64,000 bases of DNA from an uncultured Peptostreptococcaceae bacterium (GCA_964644525.1 CAZXWC010000002.1:41-64040), one strand, 5' to 3'; numbered from the stretch's first letter, positions 10,076-18,944 are shown. The notes: generated by a model not told the origin, from the letters alone. Numbers and translations: made by a program.

Positions 10076-11824
10076 ATGAAAGACTATATATTCGATATTC
10101 TGGCAAGCGAAGTGTATTCGAAAGAATATCTTTTGTTTGATGAAAATGATGAGATCAACGAGATTGTAACAACAATGCTTAAAAAAAACATGCAAGAAGC
10201 CTTTTTCAAGGATGCTCAAGGGGTGCTTACAGGGATATTGACACTCAAGGATTTTGAATACATTTATCAAGACGAAAAAAACAAATATTATCCGGCGAAG
10301 GCCTTCATGAAAACGAATCTTATTGTCGCAGACGAAAGATTGACAATGCACCAATGTCGGGATTTGATGATAAAAGAAGGCATAGGACGTTTGCCTATAA
10401 TGGAAAAAGATGTTTTAAGTGGCGTAGTCCGAAGGGAAGAAATCTGGAGATTCTATTATATGAAAGCCGAACGCATGTTGAATCAAATGATGTATCTTGT
10501 CGATTATTCTTACGAGGCTATTTGTGTTATTGATGCAAAAGGGATTGTTATAGTTTGGAACAATAGTTGTGAAAATCTTTATGATGTAAAAAGAGAAGAT
10601 ATAGTAGGCAAAAATATTTCGGAGTATTTTCCAAATGCAATGGGTCTTAATGTTTTAAAAACAAAAGAACCTGTTAAAAATGCTTTGCACCGCCCAAGGA
10701 AAGACTCCTATGTAATAATAAATGCGTTTCCCATATTTATTGAAGGGCAATTTACGGGAGTTGTTACAACAGATAGAGATGTAACAGAAATAAATAATTT
10801 GGCACATGATTTGGAAAAGGCAAACGACGCAATTGCATTGCTTGAAAGCCATATAAAAGAAATATCCGGCGACAATTTTAAGAATATAATAGGAAACAGC
10901 ATAAAAATAAACAATTGTATAAAAATGTCAAAACAGATTGCAAAAGCAGAAACATCTGTATTGATTACAGGTGAAAGCGGAACAGGAAAAGAACTTTTCG
11001 CAAGAGCCATACACGATTACAGCGGAAGAAAAGGAATGTTTGTACCGGTAAACTGCAGTTCAATACCGTCTGAACTTTTTGAAAGTGAAATGTTCGGTTA
11101 TGTGGAAGGGGCTTTTACAGGAGCTCGAAAGAAGGGTAAGGCCGGTCTTTTTGAATTGGCGAATGGAGGGACTATTTTTCTTGACGAAATAGGTGAAATG
11201 CCGTTGCAAATGCAGTCAAAGTTGCTAAGGGTCCTTCAGGAAAGGCGATTGCGCAGGATAGGAGACGAGAAAGATAGACTGGTAGACATAAGAGTGATAT
11301 CTGCAACTAATAAGAATTTGGCTGAAATGGTTGACGACAAGAAATTCAGGGATGATTTATATTACAGGCTGCAGGTGGTAAATATCGAATTGCCTCCTTT
11401 GAGGGAAAGGCAAAACGACGTAATACTTCTAGCTCGGCATTTTTTAAGGGAAATGGCGAAAAAAAACAACCGACGCATTCCCGAATTGAACAGGGATGTA
11501 TTGGATGCGCTAAGAAAATGCAGTTGGAAGGGAAACATAAGGGAATTGAAAAATGTAATGGAGTATATAGTTGTAGTTTGCGGAGAAGATGGATTGGCTA
11601 CATTGGACACTTTGCCGGAAAACATGAAAAATGGAAACAAAAACGATGAAATTGAGCCTGCATACACCGAGAAGGATTTGAAAAAAGCCGTACAAAATCT
11701 GGAAATTAATCGTATAAGCCTTGCTTTGGAAGAATGCAATGGAAACAGAAAAAAAGCCGCGCAGATGCTCAACATACCAAGAACGACGCTTTATTACAAA
11801 ATGGAGCAATATAATATTGAATAG
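10076..11824 (+). CDS. prdR: Sigma-54-dependent transcriptional activator (CBS pair, PAS, AAA+, Fis-type HTH), PrdR-like
   Basis: Walker A 'GESGTGKE'. The sigma-54 contact motif 'GAFTGA' is present ('GYVEGAFTGA'). C-terminal HTH 'AAQMLNIPRTTLYYKM'. Adjacent to the prd operon, as in C. difficile. Confidence 0.85.
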   Translation: MKDYIFDILASEVYSKEYLLFDENDEINEIVTTMLKKNMQEAFFKDAQGVLTGILTLKDFEYIYQDEKNKYYPAKAFMKTNLIVADERLTMHQCRDLMIKEGIGRLPIMEKDVLSGVVRREEIWRFYYMKAERMLNQMMYLVDYSYEAICVIDAKGIVIVWNNSCENLYDVKREDIVGKNISEYFPNAMGLNVLKTKEPVKNALHRPRKDSYVIINAFPIFIEGQFTGVVTTDRDVTEINNLAHDLEKANDAIALLESHIKEISGDNFKNIIGNSIKINNCIKMSKQIAKAETSVLITGESGTGKELFARAIHDYSGRKGMFVPVNCSSIPSELFESEMFGYVEGAFTGARKKGKAGLFELANGGTIFLDEIGEMPLQMQSKLLRVLQERRLRRIGDEKDRLVDIRVISATNKNLAEMVDDKKFRDDLYYRLQVVNIELPPLRERQNDVILLARHFLREMAKKNNRRIPELNRDVLDALRKCSWKGNIRELKNVMEYIVVVCGEDGLATLDTLPENMKNGNKNDEIEPAYTEKDLKKAVQNLEINRISLALEECNGNRKKAAQMLNIPRTTLYYKMEQYNIE

Positions 11825-11826
11825 TG

Positions 11827-11874
11827 TCAACAAACCGACGCGTGTCAACAATTCGACACACGTCGGTTTGTTGA
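11827..11874 (+). terminator. Long hairpin immediately after the prdR stop (terminator-like, no clean U-tract)
   Basis: TCAACAAACCGACGCGTGTC / GACACACGTCGGTTTGTTGA: 20-bp stem with one mismatch and an 8-nt loop. Confidence 0.5.
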
Positions 11875-12132
11875 TAATTTAATAGATAAAATACAAATTT
11901 AATCACATGGATGCAATAATGCTATGAAATCTAAAAAAGATTAATCGAACTGAAATTATGAACAGCTTGCAAATAGCCGTTTATACAAATAATGTATTTG
12001 ATGAACGAGTAAGAAAATATTGAAAAATAAGAAAATTATGAAAACGCGGTGGCGTCGGAATATCGACACATAGATTAAGCGGATAGTTGCAAATAAGACG
12101 ATAGATAAAAACTATATAAAAATAAAACTGTT

Positions 12133-12166
12133 GAAAACGCTGGGGCACAGCGTTTTTATCATTTTT
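12133..12166 (+). terminator. Rho-independent terminator-like hairpin just upstream of the prdC promoter
   Basis: AAAACGCTG-GGGCA-CAGCGTTTT followed by TATCATTTTTT. Confidence 0.5.
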
Positions 12167-12175
12167 TCGACCAAG

Positions 12176-12191
12176 TTGGCACGCAAGTTGC
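12176..12191 (+). promoter_or_regulatory. Sigma-54 (-24/-12) promoter of the prd operon
   Basis: TGGCAC-GCAAG-TTGCG matches the TGGCAC-N5-TTGCW consensus exactly. It lies about 68 nt upstream of the prdC ATG and downstream of a sigma-54 activator gene. Confidence 0.8.
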
Positions 12192-12258
12192 GTGTATATT
12201 GGGCGTGACTAAAAAATAACAAAGTTTTGTCGATGAAACTTTTTAAGGAGGTGAAATA

Positions 12259-13608
12259 ATGGAAGCAGCTGTCAAACTTGAAAGCAAGATTGGATTGATT
12301 GAAAAAACCGGCGGAAAAGTTGTTATTCAGTTGAAGCAACATGTAGGGGGACCATGCAAAGCCATAGTCTCTGTAGGAGATTTGGTGGAAAGAGGCCAAC
12401 TTATAGCAGTTCCTGAAGGACTGGGAGCCAATATACACTCGAGTGTAAAAGGCCTTGTTGAATCCGTGGAAGAGGGATCGATAGCAATAAAAGCCGACGA
12501 AGATCAACCTGAAAACTTTATTAAAATAAAGAAAACAGACGATATGGCTGAAGCAATAAAAGAAGCGGGAGTTGTTGGAGCTGGCGGAGCGGGATTCCCC
12601 ACGGGAATAAAGCTCGGGACAAAGCTTGCGGGGGGATATGTTATTGCCAATGCGGCCGAATGCGAGCCGATTCTTGACCATAACATACTTTATCTAGAGG
12701 ACAATGCTGAAGTTATTGTAAGGGGTGTCAAATATGTCAAGGAAATAACGGAGGCGGGGCATGGAATAATTGCCATAAAGCCCAAGCCCCATAACAAAAG
12801 AGCTATTGCGGCATTAGAAAAGGCCTGCGCAAAAGAGAAGAACGTAGAAGTGAAACTTTTGCCGGACATGTATCCCGCAGGAGACGAGAGGGTCATAATA
12901 AGAGAACTCATAGGTGTGGAGCTAAACCCCGGTCAATTGCCGCTTGAAGCTAATGCTGTCATTTGCAATGTTGAAACAATGAAAAACATTGTCTGGGCAA
13001 TTGAGGACAGACGTCCAGTAATAACAAAGGACCTGACGGTAGGTGGACGACTTAAGGATGCCAAGAATGGAAAAGTATTCTTCAATGTTCCAATAGGCAC
13101 TGATTTCGAAACCCTGCTTGACGCTTCGGGAGGTTATTACGGCCATTATGGCGAGATTGTAGCTGGTGGACCTTTCACAGGAAAGAAAGGATCGGAAGAA
13201 ACCGCTGTTACTAAAACCACGGGAGGAATTCTTGTGGCTATGCCTTTTCCTAACGAAAAAAGGAAAGTTGGCATCATAGCATGCGAATGCGGAGCCCAGG
13301 AAGAAAGACTTAGGCAAATTGCAGAAGAAATGGGAGCCGAAGTAGTTGCTGAAAAGAAATGCAAAAGAATGAAGGAAGACGGTAGAGGACGTTACCGTTG
13401 CGAGTTGCCGGGATCTTGCCCTGGCCAGGCGGAAACTGTTTTGTACCTTAAAAAACATGGAGCCGAGGTTATTTTGACCGGTACATGCCAGGATTGAACG
13501 AACACCGTCATGAAAGTAGCTCCCAGGTTGGGAGTTCCGGTGTATCACAGTACTGACCACGTTTTGAGAGCTTGTGGTCACAAGCTCTATAGACGAATCA
13601 AAGAATAA
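12259..13608 (+). CDS. prdC: Proline reductase-associated electron transfer protein PrdC (RnfC-like), predicted selenoprotein (UGA 13495-13497 read as Sec)
   Basis: RnfC-like 'GVVGAGGAGFPTG'. The track ORF stops at TGA after 'GTCQD'. The same frame stays open for 36 more codons to TAA 13606-13608. CxxU motif with a SECIS-like hairpin downstream. Confidence 0.7.
13503..13542 (+). other. SECIS-like stem-loop downstream of the prdC UGA
   Basis: Lower stem CACCG/CGGTG, upper stem AGCTCCCA/TGGGAGTT (one G-T wobble), apical GGT. Starts 6 nt after the UGA. Confidence 0.45.
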
Positions 13609-13638
13609 AAAGAAAATAAAGAATAGGGGGAAAGAAAA

Positions 13639-15525
13639 ATGTCAATTACTTTGGAAACTGCAAAGGAGCATGCCAATGATTTGGCTGTTACTTGCTGCAG
13701 ATTCGAAGCAGGTACGGTAATAAAGCCTGAAAATCTGGAAGATCCTGAAATACTTCCTGATCTTGAGGATTCCGGACTGCTGGAAGTACCCGAAAACGCT
13801 TTGACTATAGGACAGGTTTTGGACGCGACATTAACCGAAACGGTTGACTCGCTTACACCGCTTACAGCGGCTGTTCTTGATGGAGTTGCAGAAGTTGAAG
13901 TTGAAGAAGAAAAAGTTGAAGAAGAGCCTTCTGTCGAGGAGGAAATTGCTCCTGTAAATCCTGTTGCACCAGTCATGCAGATGGGAAATCAAGGCGGAGT
14001 GGTCAAAATTCACATAGGTGAAGGCAGAGATATAGATCTCGAAATTCCGCTTTCGGTAGCAGGTGCTGTTGCCGGTGGGGAAATGCCTTCAGGTGCAGTA
14101 GTTCCTGTTAAGGAAGATGTTAAAGAGGAAACTGCTGCAAGTCCGGAAGCCCATGAGGAAAAAGTCATCAGGAGCCTTACAAGAAAACATTTTTTAATTA
14201 ATAATGTTGAATTTGGACCAGAAACAAAAATAGACGGTACAAGTCTTATAATTCGCGAGGATATCTGCAAGGATGCAATAGAAACTGAAGAGCTTGTAGT
14301 CGATATGAAAATTGAAGTCATCACTCCGGACAAATACGACACATACAGCGAAACCCTTATGGACATTCAACCAATCGCAACAAAAGAAGATGGCGATGTA
14401 GGAGAAGGAACAACAAGAGTTGTCGATGGAACGGTTGTTGTTGTAACCGGTACTGATGAAGATGGAGTACAAATCGGAGAATTCGGATCATCAGAAGGGA
14501 TTCTTGACAGAAATATCATGTGGGGACGTCCTGGTTCACCCGAATTCGGCGAGATTTTCATAAAAACACAAGTAACTGTAAAGCGCGGCACAAACATGGA
14601 AAGACCTGGACCGATGGCTGCTCACAGGGCTACTGATATTGTTACTCAGGAAATCCGTGAAGTCCTGAGAACTTTGGATGAAAGCCTGGTTGTAGACACA
14701 GAGGAATTTGTTCAAACAAGACATCCCGGAAAGAAAAGAGTTGCACTAATCAAAGAGATCATGGGACAGGGAGCAATGCATGACAACTTCCTCCTGCCTG
14801 TAGAACCGGTTGGAACTCTTGGAGCAAAAGCCAATGTAGATCTTGGAAACGTTCCAATCGTTGTTTCTCCGCTTCAAGTTATTGACGGATGTATTCATGC
14901 ACTTACATGTATAGGACCTGCATCAAAAGAGACATCAAGACATTACTGGAGAGAGCCTATGGTTCTTGAACTAATGAATGACGAAGAAGTCGATCTTGTT
15001 GCGGTAATACTCGTTGGTTCGCCCCAAGTCAACTCTGAGAAATTCTATGTTTCGAATATTCTTGGAATGACTGTTGAAACTATGGATCTTGACGGTGCAA
15101 TAGTTGGAACAGAAGGGTTTGGAAACAACCATATAGACTTTGCGTCCCATATAGAGCAAGTCGGTAAAAGGGGAATTCCTGTTGTTGGAATGACCTATGC
15201 AGCGATTCAGGGACAATTGGTTGTAGGAAACGAATTCATGAATGCAATGATAGACAACAATAAATCCATGCAGGGAATCGAGAATGAAATCCTAGCAAAC
15301 AACACATTATGCAAGGAAGATGCAATAAGGGCAATATACATGCTCAAGGCTGAAATGATGGGCGAAAGCGTCAAGAAGCCAGAAAGATCTTGGAACCCGA
15401 ATGTAAAACAAAACAATGTAGAAATGATAGAAAAGGCAACAGAAGAGAAAATAGAACTTTGCGATAACGAGCAAAGTCTGGAAAAATCCAAAAAACGTAG
15501 AGAAATCTACGAAATCGAAGAATAA
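13639..15525 (+). CDS. prdA: D-proline reductase proprotein PrdA (pyruvoyl enzyme precursor)
   Basis: 'MSITLETAKEHANDLAVTCCRFEAG' matches PrdA N-termini as I remember them. Predicted self-cleavage site 'HALT|CIGPASKETS' (Thr423/Cys424, codons 14905-14910). Confidence 0.95.
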   Translation: MSITLETAKEHANDLAVTCCRFEAGTVIKPENLEDPEILPDLEDSGLLEVPENALTIGQVLDATLTETVDSLTPLTAAVLDGVAEVEVEEEKVEEEPSVEEEIAPVNPVAPVMQMGNQGGVVKIHIGEGRDIDLEIPLSVAGAVAGGEMPSGAVVPVKEDVKEETAASPEAHEEKVIRSLTRKHFLINNVEFGPETKIDGTSLIIREDICKDAIETEELVVDMKIEVITPDKYDTYSETLMDIQPIATKEDGDVGEGTTRVVDGTVVVVTGTDEDGVQIGEFGSSEGILDRNIMWGRPGSPEFGEIFIKTQVTVKRGTNMERPGPMAAHRATDIVTQEIREVLRTLDESLVVDTEEFVQTRHPGKKRVALIKEIMGQGAMHDNFLLPVEPVGTLGAKANVDLGNVPIVVSPLQVIDGCIHALTCIGPASKETSRHYWREPMVLELMNDEEVDLVAVILVGSPQVNSEKFYVSNILGMTVETMDLDGAIVGTEGFGNNHIDFASHIEQVGKRGIPVVGMTYAAIQGQLVVGNEFMNAMIDNNKSMQGIENEILANNTLCKEDAIRAIYMLKAEMMGESVKKPERSWNPNVKQNNVEMIEKATEEKIELCDNEQSLEKSKKRREIYEIEE

Positions 15526-15544
15526 AAAGTAAAGGTGATAAAAA

Positions 15545-15865
15545 ATGGACAGATTGAAATATGCTTCATCAGAAAGTTTTTATGAAGGAATAGTAGTTGA
15601 TTTTAGCGATTGCTCCGTAACGGTTGATTTCAAGGGTCGCATGGGACAAATAAAAGTGCCAAGACGCATGGTTATAAGCCCGGTGGAACTTATGAGAGGC
15701 CAGCAAGTGGGATTTATGATGACATACATTGAAGTGCTTGATGAGGAAGTCGATGAAGAATATGCGAGAAGTGCCGTTAGACAGCTTGAAGCTAAAAGAA
15801 GCGCTGAGGAAAACTATAAAAAGCATATTCAATCTGAATACAAAGAAGATTGTAGGGAGGTATAG
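15545..15865 (+). CDS. Small conserved prd-operon protein (unknown function) between prdA and prdB
   Basis: 106-aa ORF packed tightly between prdA and prdB. C. difficile has a hypothetical gene in the same position (from memory). Confidence 0.6.
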   Translation: MDRLKYASSESFYEGIVVDFSDCSVTVDFKGRMGQIKVPRRMVISPVELMRGQQVGFMMTYIEVLDEEVDEEYARSAVRQLEAKRSAEENYKKHIQSEYKEDCREV

Positions 15866-15869
15866 AGAA

Positions 15870-16595
15870 ATGAGTTTGACTGTTGTAAAAGGTTTGCAAT
15901 CAGAAATATTCGTGCCTATTACACCTCCGGTTGTCTGGACGCCTGTCACAAAGCCGCTCAATGAAATGAAAATTGCATTGGCTACGGCCGCCGGCGTGCA
16001 CTTGAAGTCTGACAAACGGTTCAATTTGGCAGGAGACACGAGCTATAGAGAAATTCCCGGGGATTGTGACAGCGATGATTTAATGGTTTCACACGGTGGA
16101 TATGATAACCAGGATGTAAACAAGGACATTAACTGTATGTTCCCGATAGACCGATTGAATGAACTTGCCGCAAAAGGCTTAATAAAAGGTGTTGCCCCAA
16201 CGCATTTCGGTTTCATGGGCGGGGGAGGAAATGTAGAAGTTTTCACAAATGAAACAGGACCTGAAATCGCTCAAAAATTGAAGGATGAAAATGTAGATGC
16301 TGTTGTAATGACAGCTGGCTGAGGGACTTGCCACCGCTCTGCAGTTATAGTGCAGAGAGCGATTGAGGAAGCTGGAATACCGACAATAGTAATTGCGGCA
16401 CTTCCTCCTGTAGTAAGGCAAGCTGGATCTCCAAGGGTTGTTGCACCGCTTGTGCCGATGGGCGCAAATGCGGGAGAGCCTAACAATATTGAGATGCAGA
16501 CTGATATTTTAACAGATACCTTAGAAAAACTAGTAGAAATTGAAACACCTGGGAGAATTATGACACTTCCCTATCAATATGTAGCTGTAGTGTAA
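15870..16595 (+). CDS. prdB: D-proline reductase subunit PrdB, selenoprotein (UGA 16320-16322 read as Sec, residue 151)
   Basis: ATG 15870 follows AGGGAGG. Track ORFs 15729..16322 and 16350..16595 share one frame and join across a single TGA to give 'VVMTAG-U-GTCHRSAVIVQRAIEEAG'. Total 241 aa. Confidence 0.9.
16335..16361 (+). other. SECIS-like hairpin downstream of the prdB UGA
   Basis: CTCTGCA-GTTATAG-TGCAGAG (7-bp stem, G/U-containing loop), extendable with a bulge. Starts about 13 nt after the UGA. Confidence 0.6.
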
Positions 16596-16671
16596 AAAAT
16601 CAACGTCTTCCTCTCTCTTTTGGATGGGGGAGGGAGGCGGATTTTACAAACGGACAGGGGGAAAATCAATA

Positions 16672-17427
16672 GTGGAAAAAGAAATGAGAAGGTTGGTTAT
16701 CCGGGCCTTTCATGTGGATCGGGTCTTTTTTTCAGATTCGACGGAATACAGGGATAATGTACTCTCAATTGACAAAAAAATGACGAAGAACACTGACATC
16801 AATGAAGATATTTTCGATGATGTTTCAATAAATATCATCGAACCTGGAGACCGCGACATTAATGTCAATTGCATAATGGACATATTGCCTGTTTCAACAA
16901 AGGTACTGGGAGTTTTGGGAGAGGGAATCACCCACACAATGACCGGAGTCTATGTAATGATAAACGGGGCGGAAAAAAATGGACGCCAAATGTCGAATTT
17001 CGGTTCTTCGGACGGCATTTTATCCCAGCAGCTAATTTCTGACCGGGCCGGGACGCCGGGAAAAGACGATATTATAATACAATTCGATGTAACCCTTAAA
17101 GAAGGAGTCGAATTCAGCAGAAAACTTCCTTTGGCAATACACTCTTTGTGCGACGGCTTTGTACAGGAGATAAGGGAAAAGCTGAAAAAACTGGATGCCG
17201 GCAAGGCTGACGAAAAGCATGAGTTTTTCGATACCATAAAAAAAGATAAAAAAAAGGTTGTAATTATTAAACAGATTGGCGGTCAGGGAGCAATGCACGA
17301 CAATCAGTTGTTTCCTACCGAGCCATCGGGATTTGAAGGTGGGTTTTCAAACATAGACATGCTCAATATGCCCATGATATTGTCACCCAACGAATACCGT
17401 GATGGTGCCATAAGGGCCATGACATAG
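16672..17427 (+). CDS. prdD: PrdD (paralog of the PrdA region preceding the cleavage site)
   Basis: 'IKQIGGQGAMHDNQLFPTEP' parallels PrdA 'IKEIMGQGAMHDNFLLPVEP'. Ends '...GAIRAMT*'. Start uncertain: GTG 16672 lies 9 nt after GGGGGA, ATG 16684 is the alternative. Confidence 0.8.
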   Translation: MEKEMRRLVIRAFHVDRVFFSDSTEYRDNVLSIDKKMTKNTDINEDIFDDVSINIIEPGDRDINVNCIMDILPVSTKVLGVLGEGITHTMTGVYVMINGAEKNGRQMSNFGSSDGILSQQLISDRAGTPGKDDIIIQFDVTLKEGVEFSRKLPLAIHSLCDGFVQEIREKLKKLDAGKADEKHEFFDTIKKDKKKVVIIKQIGGQGAMHDNQLFPTEPSGFEGGFSNIDMLNMPMILSPNEYRDGAIRAMT

Positions 17428-17436
17428 GAGGATATT

Positions 17437-17907
17437 ATGGGAATCGGACCATCTACAAAGGAAACGTCTTTACACCATTTCAGAGATCCACTGCTTGATG
17501 TGGTTGAAAAGGATTCGGACATAGACTTGCAGGGAGTTTTGCTTGTAGGCACACCGCAAGGAAATAAGGAAAAATTGCTTGTTGGAAGCAGGGCGGCAGC
17601 ATGGGTTGAAGCAATGAGATCGGACGGAGTAATAATTTCTCTGGACGGATGGGGAAATTCTCATGTCGATTTTGCCAATACCGTGGAGCAGATAGGGAAA
17701 AGGGGCATACCTGTTGTAGGTATGAGCTTTATCGGAACTGCTGCAACATTTGTCGTAAAAAACGAGTATATGGATACAATAGTTGATTTCAATAAATCCG
17801 AAGAGGGCATTGAAACAGAAGTGGTTGGAGAAAACACGGTAAATGAGAGAGATGCCAAAAAAGCGCTGGCTTTATTGAAGCTTAAAATGAAAAAAAAGGG
17901 GAGTTGA
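17437..17907 (+). CDS. prdE: PrdE (paralog of the PrdA C-terminal fragment)
   Basis: 'MGIGPSTKETSLHHF' parallels PrdA 'CIGPASKETSRHYW'. 'GKRGIPVVGMSF' parallels PrdA 'GKRGIPVVGMTY'. Confidence 0.8.
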   Translation: MGIGPSTKETSLHHFRDPLLDVVEKDSDIDLQGVLLVGTPQGNKEKLLVGSRAAAWVEAMRSDGVIISLDGWGNSHVDFANTVEQIGKRGIPVVGMSFIGTAATFVVKNEYMDTIVDFNKSEEGIETEVVGENTVNERDAKKALALLKLKMKKKGS

Positions 17908-17911
17908 AGAT

Positions 17912-18919
17912 ATGCAGGTGACACGAACTATAAATGCGGTTGATTCCCATACAATGGGGGAGCCTACAAGAATCGTAACGGGTGGGATTCCGTCAATCCC
18001 CGGCAATACAATGCCAGAAAAAAAAGCTTATCTAGAAAAAAAACTTGACCATTTGAGAACAGGAATAATGCTTGAGCCAAGAGGACATAATGACATGTTC
18101 GGCTCAATTATTACACCTCCAATTTCTGAAGAGGCAGATCTTGGAATCATATTCATGGACGGTGGAGGCTATTTGAACATGTGCGGCCACGGAACCATTG
18201 GCGCAATGACGGTTGCGTTGGAAACGGGAATGGTCCCTATGGTTGAACCGTTTACAGATGTTGTGCTTGAAGCACCGGCGGGTCTCGTAAGAGGAAAAGT
18301 TGCCGTCAAGAATGGAAAAGTTCAGGAAGTTTCATTTAAGAATGTTCCGTCCTTTCTTTATAAAGAAGACGTAGAAATAGAAATACCTGAAATAGGCAAG
18401 GTAACCTTGGATATTTCATTTGGAGGAAGTTTTTTCGCTATTATAAGCGCAAAGAAACTTGGAATCGAAGTGAAACCCGAAAATGCTCAAAAGCTTAATA
18501 TTTTGGGGATGAAGATAAGGGATATAGTAAATGATACTGTAAAGGTTCAGCATCCGGAGCTGCCGCATATAAATACGGTTGATTTGGTTGAAATATATGA
18601 TGAGCCGACAAACCCCGAAGCAACATATAAAAATGTCGTTATTTTTGGACAGGGACAGGTAGACAGGTCACCTTGCGGTACGGGAACATCGGCCAAACTT
18701 GCAACTCTTCATGCAAAAGGTTTGTTTAAAGAGGAAGAGACCTTTGTTTATGAAAGTATACTTGGAACACTTTTCAAAGGAAAAGTCATAAAGAAAACGA
18801 AAGTAGGGGATTTTGATGCAATTGTTCCCGAAATTACCGGTTCAGCCTATATTACAGGTTTCAATCATTTCGTCTTTGATGATTCGGACCCTGTTAAATA
18901 TGGATTTATTCTTAAATAA
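17912..18919 (+). CDS. prdF: Proline racemase
   Basis: Both catalytic Cys motifs are present: 'NMCGHGTIG' and 'DRSPCGTGTSA'. Confidence 0.9.
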   Translation: MQVTRTINAVDSHTMGEPTRIVTGGIPSIPGNTMPEKKAYLEKKLDHLRTGIMLEPRGHNDMFGSIITPPISEEADLGIIFMDGGGYLNMCGHGTIGAMTVALETGMVPMVEPFTDVVLEAPAGLVRGKVAVKNGKVQEVSFKNVPSFLYKEDVEIEIPEIGKVTLDISFGGSFFAIISAKKLGIEVKPENAQKLNILGMKIRDIVNDTVKVQHPELPHINTVDLVEIYDEPTNPEATYKNVVIFGQGQVDRSPCGTGTSAKLATLHAKGLFKEEETFVYESILGTLFKGKVIKKTKVGDFDAIVPEITGSAYITGFNHFVFDDSDPVKYGFILK

Positions 18920-18944
18920 TTTAAAATTATAGGAGGAAAAGAAA

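Noticed and set aside
10800-10814. Second sigma-54-like motif, TGGCAC-atgat-TTGG, inside prdR.
   Set aside because: It is within the prdR coding sequence. The -12 element is TTGG rather than TTGC, and no gene start lies downstream. This is probably a chance match.
12922-13581. Long minus-strand ORFs antisense to strongly recognisable genes (for example 12922..13581, 20064..20774, 47159..47785, 48336..48911, 3819..4406, 53772..54299).
   Set aside because: Each lies entirely opposite a plus-strand gene with clear family motifs (prdC, psuK, uvrA, uvrC, addB, hndC). Their translations are low-complexity and lack RBS context, as expected of antisense artefacts.
16596-16671. Pyrimidine/purine-rich segment CTTCCTCTCTC...GGGGAGGGAGG between prdB and prdD, considered as an attenuator hairpin.
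   Set aside because: Pairing is poor (several mismatches) and there is no U-tract. The purine run more likely contributes the prdD RBS.
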